A DNA stretch of 41,452 nt from Patescibacteria group bacterium (GTDB lineage: Bacteria; Patescibacteriota; Microgenomatia; Levybacterales; UBA12049). The stretch lies in assembly GCA_023484045.1 (NCBI GenBank), contig JAMDAA010000036.1, positions 1 to 41,452 of the forward strand. Reading direction: 5' to 3'. Numbering within the stretch: the first letter of the stretch is position 1; every line of letters starts with the position of its first letter. A program made the position numbers and the translations under genes. Below are positions 17,871-25,579 of this stretch, one piece after another. A model generated the notes under the pieces. That model was given only the letters and a program-made list of their open reading frames with translations. It was not told where the DNA came from and did no database searches.

Positions 17871-18443
17871 ATGTTGCCCAAATATAAATACCTTTTAACC
17901 TACAGGTATTCAGAGATTGTCCATGATTTGACAGTAGAATTTACTAAAAGATTTATTTTGAGCAACTTTAGCAGCTTAGGAGAAAAACCTGACTTTAGGA
18001 CTGCTGATCAGATGAATCAAGCTGCCAGATCTGGTAAGCAAAATATTATTGAGGGAGTTGGGCAAAGCAGGACATCTAAAAAAGGGGAAATAAAGCTTTT
18101 AGGAGTTGCAAATGCTTCTCTAGAAGAATTACTCGCTGATTTTGAAGATTTCTTAAGACAAAGAAAGCTTAAAATATTTCCAAAGACACACTATAAAATA
18201 CAAAACTTTAGAAAAATTGCCTTTCGGTTGACAGCATTAAGTAACTTAAGTCACCTAGGTAACTTAAAAGAAAAGCCAAATTTGCCAAAAAGTCCGGAAG
18301 AAGCCGGAAATTTTCTCCTTACACTTTGTCATCAGGTGACTTATTTGCTTTCGAAACAAATAAAAAGTCTTGAGGAAAAATTTATAAAAGACGGTGGATA
18401 TTCAGAAAACTTGTTTAAAAAGAGACTAAATAGTAAAATATAA
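17871..18443 (+). CDS. Four-helix-bundle protein (23S rRNA IVP/bAvd-like) with suffix domain
   Basis: RTADQMNQAARSGKQNIIEG, ASLEELLADFEDFLRQR, and suffix YLLSKQIKSLEEKFIKDGGYSENL (TIGR04258-like, from memory). Confidence 0.9.
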   Translation: MLPKYKYLLTYRYSEIVHDLTVEFTKRFILSNFSSLGEKPDFRTADQMNQAARSGKQNIIEGVGQSRTSKKGEIKLLGVANASLEELLADFEDFLRQRKLKIFPKTHYKIQNFRKIAFRLTALSNLSHLGNLKEKPNLPKSPEEAGNFLLTLCHQVTYLLSKQIKSLEEKFIKDGGYSENLFKKRLNSKI

Positions 18444-18471
18444 GTCGCCTAAGTTACTTATGTGGCTTAAG
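18441..18471. repeat. 9-nt tandem array between the four-helix-bundle stop and tRNA-Arg
   Basis: TAAGTCGCC TAAGTTACT TATGTGGCT TAAG; the first TAA is the stop codon. Confidence 0.8.
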
Positions 18472-18475
18472 ATTT

Positions 18476-18547
18476 GTCCCCGTAGTTCAACGGATAGAAC
18501 AGACCCGTCCTAAGGGTCCAATGGAGGTCCGACTCCTCTCGGGGACG
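18476..18547 (+). tRNA. tRNA-Arg (CCT)
   Basis: Acceptor GTCCCCG/CGGGGAC, D stem GTTC/GAAC, anticodon arm GACCC-GTCCTAA-GGGTC, T arm GGAGG-TCCGACT-CCTCT, discriminator G. Confidence 0.93.
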
Positions 18548-18566
18548 CTAATGCTTCTCTCGCCAA

Positions 18567-18605
18567 TAAGTAACTTAAGTCACTTAGGAAACTTAAGTTA
18601 CTTAA
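18567..18605. repeat. 9-nt tandem array downstream of tRNA-Arg
   Basis: TAAGTAACT TAAGTCACT TAGGAAACT TAAGTTACT TAA; 28/30 identical to 18238-18267 inside the four-helix-bundle gene. Confidence 0.88.
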
Positions 18606-18608
18606 ATT

Positions 18609-19343
18609 ATGAGCAAGTCTGAAATTATTCGTTTTTTAATTCTCCGTTCGATTGGGAATTTTTTGCTGCTTTTTGCGATTTTTGGGGTTGTCGCAACTTT
18701 TGGCCCTACACTTTATTACGAAGCAAGGTTTCGCATTATTCAGGCGAGGGGAGTGACTTATAAAGTTGAAGATCCTGCTGTTGATACAGGAGTTATAGTT
18801 AGCGGAGAAGGACTGCGAAAGGTTTTGCAAAGGCAAAACGAGACTCAAGTCCCAGTGGGCTTTGCAGAACTTCTTCGTGGTCCAAAAGAGCATGTTTTGA
18901 TACCAAAAGATACACAATTTAGTATTTTGATACCAAAGATTGGTGCGAGTTCAAAAGTGTTTCCAAACGTAGATGCATCCAACGAAAAAGAATTTTTGCC
19001 AGTTTTACAAGAAGGAGTTGCCCATGCCAAGGGTACGGTTTTTCCTGGGAATTTGGGCAATATTTATCTTTTTGCCCATTCAACCGATAATTTTTGGGAT
19101 GTTGGGCGATACAATGCTGTTTTTTATCTCTTAAAAGACTTGTCAAAAGGTGATGATATTATAGTTTTCTTTCAGGACAAAAGACATAATTATGTAGTTA
19201 CGGATTCGATAATAGCTGATCCAAAAGACGTTTCTTATATAGTAAATAGCCAGCAGACAGGAGAAGAAAAACTTATTTTACAAACCTGCTGGCCACCCGG
19301 TACAACATGGAAACGCTTGATAGTTATCGCACGTCCTAAATAG
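18609..19343 (+). CDS. Sortase family protein
   Basis: N-terminal TM, GVAH, GNIYLFAHS (His), LILQTCWP (Cys), KRLIVIA (Arg). Confidence 0.93.
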   Translation: MSKSEIIRFLILRSIGNFLLLFAIFGVVATFGPTLYYEARFRIIQARGVTYKVEDPAVDTGVIVSGEGLRKVLQRQNETQVPVGFAELLRGPKEHVLIPKDTQFSILIPKIGASSKVFPNVDASNEKEFLPVLQEGVAHAKGTVFPGNLGNIYLFAHSTDNFWDVGRYNAVFYLLKDLSKGDDIIVFFQDKRHNYVVTDSIIADPKDVSYIVNSQQTGEEKLILQTCWPPGTTWKRLIVIARPK

Positions 19344-19354
19344 AGATTAGAATA

Positions 19355-19428
19355 AATCAATTGAATCGCGCGGTAGGGCGAGCCTCGCCTTCGGCGGGCC
19401 GCCCGGAACTACCTGGAAGAGATTGATT
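19355..19428. repeat. GC-rich intergenic multi-stem hairpin
   Basis: Nested stems AATCAAT/ATTGATT, GGTAG/CTACC, GGCG/CGCC and apical CGCC-TTC-GGCG, between convergent genes. Confidence 0.6.
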
Positions 19429-19448
19429 GTGATCGCAAGACCCAAATA

Positions 19449-19523
19449 AATTTTTAATTACTAAATTTCAAAAATTAAAACATTTAGATTTGATTAAAAA
19501 TTTAAAATTTCGAATTTAAAATT
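19449..19523. repeat. AT-rich 7-nt arrays without a gene
   Basis: AATTTTT AATTACT AAATTTC ... AAATTTA AAATTTC GAATTTA AAATT. Confidence 0.55.
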
Positions 19524-20730
19524 ATTTTAGTCCCACCGTATAAAGACTTGGGGACAGATCGGGATTTCCGAGGTCTGTTAAAATGACTAACTTTGATCCA
19601 TTGGGCCATGGAAAGATATAGCTATCCAAAAACGGTCCAGCGTAGACGGTTGTAATATTAGAATTGTCATATTCAAAGATATTGATTTTTTTATCCTCGA
19701 CAAATATCAGGTGTTTTGAATCAGGAAACCAAGCCAGACTCGGAAGCCAATTTGAAGTTTTCTTGGTGTTGCCGGCATCGATTCGGAAGTTCTTATCCTC
19801 TTTAATATCATAAACGTATGTATTGCTCTTTGTTAGAGTTCTCTCTTCTATTTCTGAATCTGCGCCGATAATCCTCGGATTAATCACGATCGGCAAAGTT
19901 GCGGATTGGGACGCTTCGTAAAGAACCTTTGTGTCATCGGGCGACCATGCGATCACCCTAAAATTTTCTGAAATCATTTGCCGTAAGTTAGATTTTAGTC
20001 CGATAAGTCTGGATTTTTCTTTATCTTGTTTGTCTTTTTCCCATTGATCTTGATATGTGCTAAGGGTCGCGGTTATGTCTTTTGGGCTTTGGTTAAATCC
20101 GTCGGCTTGAAGTAAATAAATCGTAGGCTGCCTATTTTCTCCCGAGATCGCCGCGATTATTTGTTGTCCATCGGGCGACCACGAAAGTTTTGCCTTTGAA
20201 AATGTGTCGGTTGTGTCGTCAGCGATTTGTGTCGACCCACTCTGGAGTGTAATAATCGGTCTCGTGCTCATATCGAGAACATATGCTCCATTTTTTCGCG
20301 GGGACTGAGAACTTAATGTATAAGTGATTCGGGTTTGGGATGGATCAAGACTTGGGTTATCGATCCCGTTTAAACTTATTCCTTCGAGTTTTGGGTTGGT
20401 TGGGAAAAGTGTGGCTTCGGCCTTAGATACAACCTCTTTTTGTACTTTGATTTTTTTCTCCCACGGAAAATAACCTTCTTTATAGATTTTAATCGCGTAT
20501 GTGCCCGGCCTAAGATTAATTGTATTATCTGTAGCCGTTGTCAAGTGGCCGTCGACAAAAACTTGGGCGCCATTAGGGGAGCTAGTCGCGACGAGAAGAC
20601 CTGTTTCGGAAAATCCGATTTTTCCCTCCCCGAATCCGAAACGATACCCTTTACCATACAAGATTAACATTATTGTGCTGACGGTCAGGAATAGAAAAAT
20701 TACAATCGGAATTAAAATTTGTTTTTTCAC
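19522..20730 (-). CDS. PEGA-domain protein with TolB-like beta-propeller repeats
   Basis: N-terminal TM, PEGA motif (SSPNGAQVFVDG...LRPGTYAIKIYKEGYFPW), repeated WSPDG/WSPDD/WFPDS/WPNG. Confidence 0.88.
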   Translation of the reverse strand: MKKQILIPIVIFLFLTVSTIMLILYGKGYRFGFGEGKIGFSETGLLVATSSPNGAQVFVDGHLTTATDNTINLRPGTYAIKIYKEGYFPWEKKIKVQKEVVSKAEATLFPTNPKLEGISLNGIDNPSLDPSQTRITYTLSSQSPRKNGAYVLDMSTRPIITLQSGSTQIADDTTDTFSKAKLSWSPDGQQIIAAISGENRQPTIYLLQADGFNQSPKDITATLSTYQDQWEKDKQDKEKSRLIGLKSNLRQMISENFRVIAWSPDDTKVLYEASQSATLPIVINPRIIGADSEIEERTLTKSNTYVYDIKEDKNFRIDAGNTKKTSNWLPSLAWFPDSKHLIFVEDKKINIFEYDNSNITTVYAGPFLDSYIFPWPNGSKLVILTDLGNPDLSPSLYTVGLK

Positions 20731-20868
20731 TCCTTATATTATAAGAGGTTAAAATGACTCTTGCAATGTTTAATCTAATCGCTTTATAATCGAACTTAAT
20801 AAGGTCAAAAATCGCTTTTTTGATATATTAAAGTAATATATTGATATATTTTATCAAATTCAATATTT

Positions 20869-21015
20869 ATGTTAAATAAACGAATCGGAATCGATTTGGG
20901 AACCCCGCACAGTCCTTACTTCCTCTCAAGGTTTTCATCCTTGCATCGGAAGGGCGGATGTACGGGGCAAGCTGCTAATTTAAAAAGGAGGGCAGAATGC
21001 TGTCTAAGAGGATAG
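20869..21015 (+). pseudogene. Duplicate mreB 5' end interrupted by a hairpin (48-aa uORF)
   Basis: MLNKRIGIDLGT-[22 codons spanning hairpin 20903-20967]-AAN..., versus the mreB start MLSKRIGIDLGTAN. Confidence 0.85.
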
Positions 21016-22034
21016 GGATTGATTTAGGCACTGCTAACACATTAGTTTATCTTGCCGGAGAAGGAATTGTCTTAAACGAACCGACAGTTGTTGCGGTTAC
21101 CGCGGAGGAGGATCGTGTTGTCGCGGTCGGGAAAGAAGCAAAAGAAATGCTCGGAAGAACTCCCGGGAATATCGTGGCGCTTCGACCGATGCAAGACGGA
21201 GTGATCGCAAACTACACGATAACAGAGGCAATGCTCTCATATTTTATCGACAAGGCATGCGGGAGATCGCGATTTTTTAAACCCGAAGTTATGGTTTGTA
21301 TCCCGTCGGGAGTTACTCAAGTCGAAAGACGCGCGGTTTTGGATGCTGCGATGTCTGCAGGCGCAAAAGTTGTTTATTTAATCGAAGAACCGCTTGCTGC
21401 TGCGATCGGCGCTAAAATTCCGATTGCGCAAGCCGCCGGACACATGATCGTTGACACGGGCGGCGGATCAACAGAATCGGCAGTTATATCGCTCGGCGGA
21501 GTTGTTGTTCATAATTCAGTAAGAGTCGCGGGTAACAAAATCGACGAGGCGATCGCAAGTTACATAAAGAAAAAGTATAACCTTTTGGTTGGGGAAAGAA
21601 CAGCAGAAGAAATTAAAATAGAAATCGGAAATGCGTTGATTTTGCTAAGTGATCAGAAAAAAAATGGTAAAGAGGAAGGAGAGCTAAAGAGAATGGAAAT
21701 CAAAGGAAGAGACAGTGTCTTTGGATTACCGCGGACGATCGATCTTAGCGAGCTCCAGATTTGTGAAGCGATAAGACCTGTATTAATGGATATAATAGAT
21801 TCAGTAAAAGGAGTTTTAGAACAAACTCCTCCGGAATTGGCAAGCGACATTATAGACAAAGGAATTGTAATGTCGGGAGGAACCTCCCTTTTAAAAAATT
21901 TTGATAAGCTTATGACGCAAGTGACCGGGGTGCCGTGTCACGTCGCCGAAGATGCACTTTTGTGTGTTGTCCGCGGAACAGGAGTAGCCCTCGAAAACAT
22001 AGAGCTGTACAAAAGAAGCATAAGTAAGAAGTAA
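20997..22034 (+). CDS. mreB: Rod shape-determining protein MreB/Mbl
   Basis: IGIDLGTANT, EPTVVA, EEPLAAAIGA, DTGGGSTE, TPPELASDI; SD AAGGAGG at 20985-20991. Confidence 0.97.
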   Translation: MLSKRIGIDLGTANTLVYLAGEGIVLNEPTVVAVTAEEDRVVAVGKEAKEMLGRTPGNIVALRPMQDGVIANYTITEAMLSYFIDKACGRSRFFKPEVMVCIPSGVTQVERRAVLDAAMSAGAKVVYLIEEPLAAAIGAKIPIAQAAGHMIVDTGGGSTESAVISLGGVVVHNSVRVAGNKIDEAIASYIKKKYNLLVGERTAEEIKIEIGNALILLSDQKKNGKEEGELKRMEIKGRDSVFGLPRTIDLSELQICEAIRPVLMDIIDSVKGVLEQTPPELASDIIDKGIVMSGGTSLLKNFDKLMTQVTGVPCHVAEDALLCVVRGTGVALENIELYKRSISKK

Positions 22035-22176
22035 ACTCAAAGTTCAAATGTCAAATCTCAAATCTACATCTAAAATCTCAAAGTTTGATAAGTTTTAGTT
22101 TTGCGTTTTGACACATTCGACTTTGCTCAGTGTCAATCCTGAGCTTGTCGAAGGATTGATTTTTGCGTTTTGAGCT
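22033..22176. repeat. Gene-less inverted 7-nt cassette with an inserted double hairpin
   Basis: Left arm AAACTCA AAGTTCA AATGTCA AATCTCA...; right arm GTTTTA GTTTTGC GTTTTGA [insert] TTTTTGC GTTTTGA. Confidence 0.8.
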
Positions 22177-22416
22177 ATTATTGTCCTATAATATAAATTA
22201 AGATATTTTTAATGAAAAAATAGGGGTTAAAAAAGATATGAAAATTACAAATGGTCGATTGTATAGTAGTTTAAATATTAAAATCAAAAAAAACTTAAAA
22301 TTTCTGAAGCAAATGAACTAAAGATACCGTGCCTAATTTTGTATAACTAAAATGTTCAAAATAAGTAAATAACGCATATTAAAAGTTTTTGATATCTAGT
22401 CTTATAGTTTAAAAAT

Positions 22417-23133
22417 ATGTTGGTGAAAAATTTTTTGCTCGGAGTAGGGGTTACAAACGCCTCAAAAGAGGAAATCTTAGAGTATTTAATAAAAGGCCTA
22501 AAAGAGCCTTCGGAAAAGTACTATATTGTGACCCCAAATCCCGAAATTTTAGTCTATGCAAGTAGACATAAAGACTTCAAGAAAATATTAAATAACGCAC
22601 GATTAGCTTTACCTGACGGGATAGGCGTAATTTGGGCCGGAAAAATTTTAGGAAAAAGATTTAAACAAAAAATCACTGGCGTCGATTTTATGAAAAAGGT
22701 TTGTGAAAAAGTATCGGAAAAGCCTATAACGATAGGACTTATGGGAGGTAGGGGTGGGGTAGCAGACCGTACTGCCGAGTGCTTACGAAAAAAATACCCC
22801 GGATTGAAGATTGGATTTATCGGAGAAGAATGGCCAAATGTTAAGGTTGGACATGAAATAGACATTTTGTTTGTCGCTTATGGGTTTCCAAAACAAGAAA
22901 TTTGGATGAGTGAAAATTTAGATAAACTTCCGGTTAAAGTTATGATGGGGGTCGGAGGGGCGTTTGATTATATAAGCGGAGAAGTTCCGCGCGCACCGGT
23001 TTGGGTTCAAAAAATTGGATTCGAATGGTTTTATCGTCTCGTTCATGAGCCCTGGCGACTAAAACGTCAACTCGCGCTTTTAGAATTTATCTACCTTGTC
23101 CTCAAAGAAAAGATCTTAAGTTTTCCAAAGTAA
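22417..23133 (+). CDS. WecB/TagA/CpsF family glycosyltransferase (GT26)
   Basis: IVTPNPE, PDGIG, ITGVD, VAYGFPKQE, GVGGAFD, RAP, EWFYRL and EPWR. Confidence 0.95.
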   Translation: MLVKNFLLGVGVTNASKEEILEYLIKGLKEPSEKYYIVTPNPEILVYASRHKDFKKILNNARLALPDGIGVIWAGKILGKRFKQKITGVDFMKKVCEKVSEKPITIGLMGGRGGVADRTAECLRKKYPGLKIGFIGEEWPNVKVGHEIDILFVAYGFPKQEIWMSENLDKLPVKVMMGVGGAFDYISGEVPRAPVWVQKIGFEWFYRLVHEPWRLKRQLALLEFIYLVLKEKILSFPK

Positions 23134-23155
23134 GTTATGATATAATGCCGCTAAT

Positions 23156-24352
23156 ATGGCTAATTTGAAGATTCTTTATCTTCAAACTTTTCCGGTTTTT
23201 GGTTCGGGCTCGGGAACATACGCCCGCGAGCTAGCCCGTGAGGTCGCTAAAAAATACAAAGTCGCGATGGTCGTGCCAGAGAAAAGAGAAATTCCTGGCG
23301 TCAAAATCTACAACGTTAATCTACCTGTCAAAATTGCTTTTACCGGTCATCCGGAATGGCCGGATTGCAAGCTCTATACAAAGGTCGGAGGAAAAGAGCT
23401 TTCTGCAAACTATCTCGCTTATTTTCAAAAAACGATCGAAGCAGTCAACGATTTTCAACCCAATATTATTCATGTCCATCATTTAATGCCGCTTACATGG
23501 ATCGCGAGGTTTGTTAAAATCGCTTACGGACTAAATTTTATGGTTACTGTTCACGGGTCAGAACTTCCGACTTTGGAAAACGACAAGCGCTACCCCTTTT
23601 TAACCGCTGAAGCGTTGCATAAGGCTGTTCGAATTATTCCAAACAGTTTTTGGACTAGAGACTGGATGATCAAAGTTTTGGGCAACGGCTTTAAAGACCA
23701 AATCAGAGTTATTCCAGGCGGAGTCGATGTCAATAAGTTCAAAAAAGTCGAAACAAAAGATATCGACGAAAAATATGACTTAAAAGGTAAAAAAGTTGCT
23801 ATTTTTGCCGGTAAACTGACTCCTTATAAAGGAGTAAAATATCTTATATACGCCGCAAAAAAAATAAAAGGAGAGGTTCTTATTTTAGGTGACGGTCCGG
23901 AAAAGAAAAAGCTCGAGGGAATTGTCGCCGAAGAAAAAATTAATAACGTTAGATTTATCGGTCACTTAAGCGGTAATACGAATCTTCTGGTTAAATTTTA
24001 TAGCCGTGCGAATGTTTTTGTCGCGCCATCGGTCTGGGACGAACCATTGGGACTTGTAATTTTGGAATCGATGGCGTGTGAAACGCCGGTTGTCGTTACC
24101 CGAAAAGGTGGTATTCCTTTAGCTGTTAAAGATGGAAAAACAGGGTTATTTATCCGGCCGAGAAACGCAAATGATATCGCCGATAAAGTTAATTATCTTT
24201 TTTCGAATGAAGAAAAAAGGCTGAAAATGGCAAAAGAAGCAAGAAGAATCGCAGTCGAAAGATTTAACTGGAAGACAATCGCTCAAAGATTTATCGATAA
24301 ATATCAAAAATTCGCTTCCATTAATAAATTTGCGACAAACAATAAGGTGTGA
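23156..24352 (+). CDS. Glycosyltransferase family 4
   Basis: IHVHH, TVHG, IPGGVD, GKLTPYKG and EPLGLVILE (E-x7-E). Confidence 0.93.
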   Translation: MANLKILYLQTFPVFGSGSGTYARELAREVAKKYKVAMVVPEKREIPGVKIYNVNLPVKIAFTGHPEWPDCKLYTKVGGKELSANYLAYFQKTIEAVNDFQPNIIHVHHLMPLTWIARFVKIAYGLNFMVTVHGSELPTLENDKRYPFLTAEALHKAVRIIPNSFWTRDWMIKVLGNGFKDQIRVIPGGVDVNKFKKVETKDIDEKYDLKGKKVAIFAGKLTPYKGVKYLIYAAKKIKGEVLILGDGPEKKKLEGIVAEEKINNVRFIGHLSGNTNLLVKFYSRANVFVAPSVWDEPLGLVILESMACETPVVVTRKGGIPLAVKDGKTGLFIRPRNANDIADKVNYLFSNEEKRLKMAKEARRIAVERFNWKTIAQRFIDKYQKFASINKFATNNKV

Positions 24353-24364
24353 TAAGTTTGATTT

Positions 24365-25537
24365 ATGTTGGATAGCAGTGCAGAGATCTCTCCGGCTCCA
24401 GAAATAAAAACTTCAGACAGGATCAGTCTTTATAAAAGTCAAAATCTCGAGGTTTTTATCCCTAAGAAGCCAAATATTCCTTTAAATGAAGGATTGCACG
24501 TTCGGGTTTCTGGACAACATGATTCCATGGATCCTCCAAAGCAGGTTTTGTCAAGATATTTAGAAGGATTGGGAGTCGCTAAGGTAATCGCAGAAAGCGG
24601 GGTAACCCGGGAGCTTTGGGCAAACACGAGGCTTGAAAAGGGCCAAGTTGTTAGCGTATACGGTCGGGTTCCGGGAGAAGTTGATTCGTGGAGAAAACCG
24701 GTCGATACAAATAATCGGGAAGCAGCCAATATTGATACGATCGAACCGCAATATCCGGAGAAGCGCTTACAGGAATTATGTCAAAGATATCTTCCGAAAT
24801 GGGATGTACTTGCCCAAAAAATGGAGTTGTTTGGCAACGGAGTAAAGGGAAGCGATCTCGAAGGAAATAATAGCGGAGATCCTATTATCTGGGAAAATGA
24901 CACATTAACAGTCCAAATAATAAAAAATCGTCATCTTGATGGTTACCATTTAGTAGTAAATCCGAAAGAAGGTTTTAGTCGCCAATGGCAGACGGTTAAA
25001 GAAACAAGAGACGATAAAGAACAGCAGAAAATGATTCAAAAATATGTTTTATCAACGATCGAGGCAACCGCAGTAGCGATGGGGGTTAGGCAACTTCTTT
25101 CCGGCGGCAGAGGTGAAATACATAATAGCGGCAATTGGGCCGGTGGTCTTAAAACGATCGAAGAAGGAGGAAAGTTATCGATGCAGGAATTGGACGATAA
25201 TCTTAAAAAAGAGAAGAAATTACATAGAGCAGATTTAGAAACGTCTGAAACACGCTTTGGTACAAGTATGCATGCGCACGTATATATCCCCAAGGAAGGA
25301 GATGTGGTAGTGTTGCCTCCAATGTCTTTGGGCGAAGCAAAGTCAAAAAGAGAAGATGCGGAAAGTAGAGGATTATCAACACAAGAATTCGACAATATAA
25401 TAAATCAGTGGGAAGTTATTCCGCCAACATCAGAAGAGCAAATGAGGGAGATTCAAGCAATGATCGGAAACGGAAAGTTAACAAAATGGCTCGAGGAAAA
25501 TTGTCGTGGACCACTTATTACTGCCCAAGCGGCCTAA
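24365..25537 (+). CDS. Hypothetical protein with a HIT-like HxH motif
   Basis: 390-aa ORF; GYHLVVNPK, IHNSGN and MHAHVYIP appear in HIT-fold order. Confidence 0.65.
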   Translation: MLDSSAEISPAPEIKTSDRISLYKSQNLEVFIPKKPNIPLNEGLHVRVSGQHDSMDPPKQVLSRYLEGLGVAKVIAESGVTRELWANTRLEKGQVVSVYGRVPGEVDSWRKPVDTNNREAANIDTIEPQYPEKRLQELCQRYLPKWDVLAQKMELFGNGVKGSDLEGNNSGDPIIWENDTLTVQIIKNRHLDGYHLVVNPKEGFSRQWQTVKETRDDKEQQKMIQKYVLSTIEATAVAMGVRQLLSGGRGEIHNSGNWAGGLKTIEEGGKLSMQELDDNLKKEKKLHRADLETSETRFGTSMHAHVYIPKEGDVVVLPPMSLGEAKSKREDAESRGLSTQEFDNIINQWEVIPPTSEEQMREIQAMIGNGKLTKWLEENCRGPLITAQAA

Positions 25538-25579
25538 ATACTCGTAGTATTTTGTCTACAATAGATTTATAATTATCTT

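Noticed and set aside
17663-17887. 74-aa ORF on the + strand
   Set aside because: It is the antisense reading of tRNA-Pro plus the 9-nt array.
17835-18605. CRISPR array from the 9-nt repeats
   Set aside because: Units are 9 nt, tandem, with no unique spacers; no cas genes in the window.
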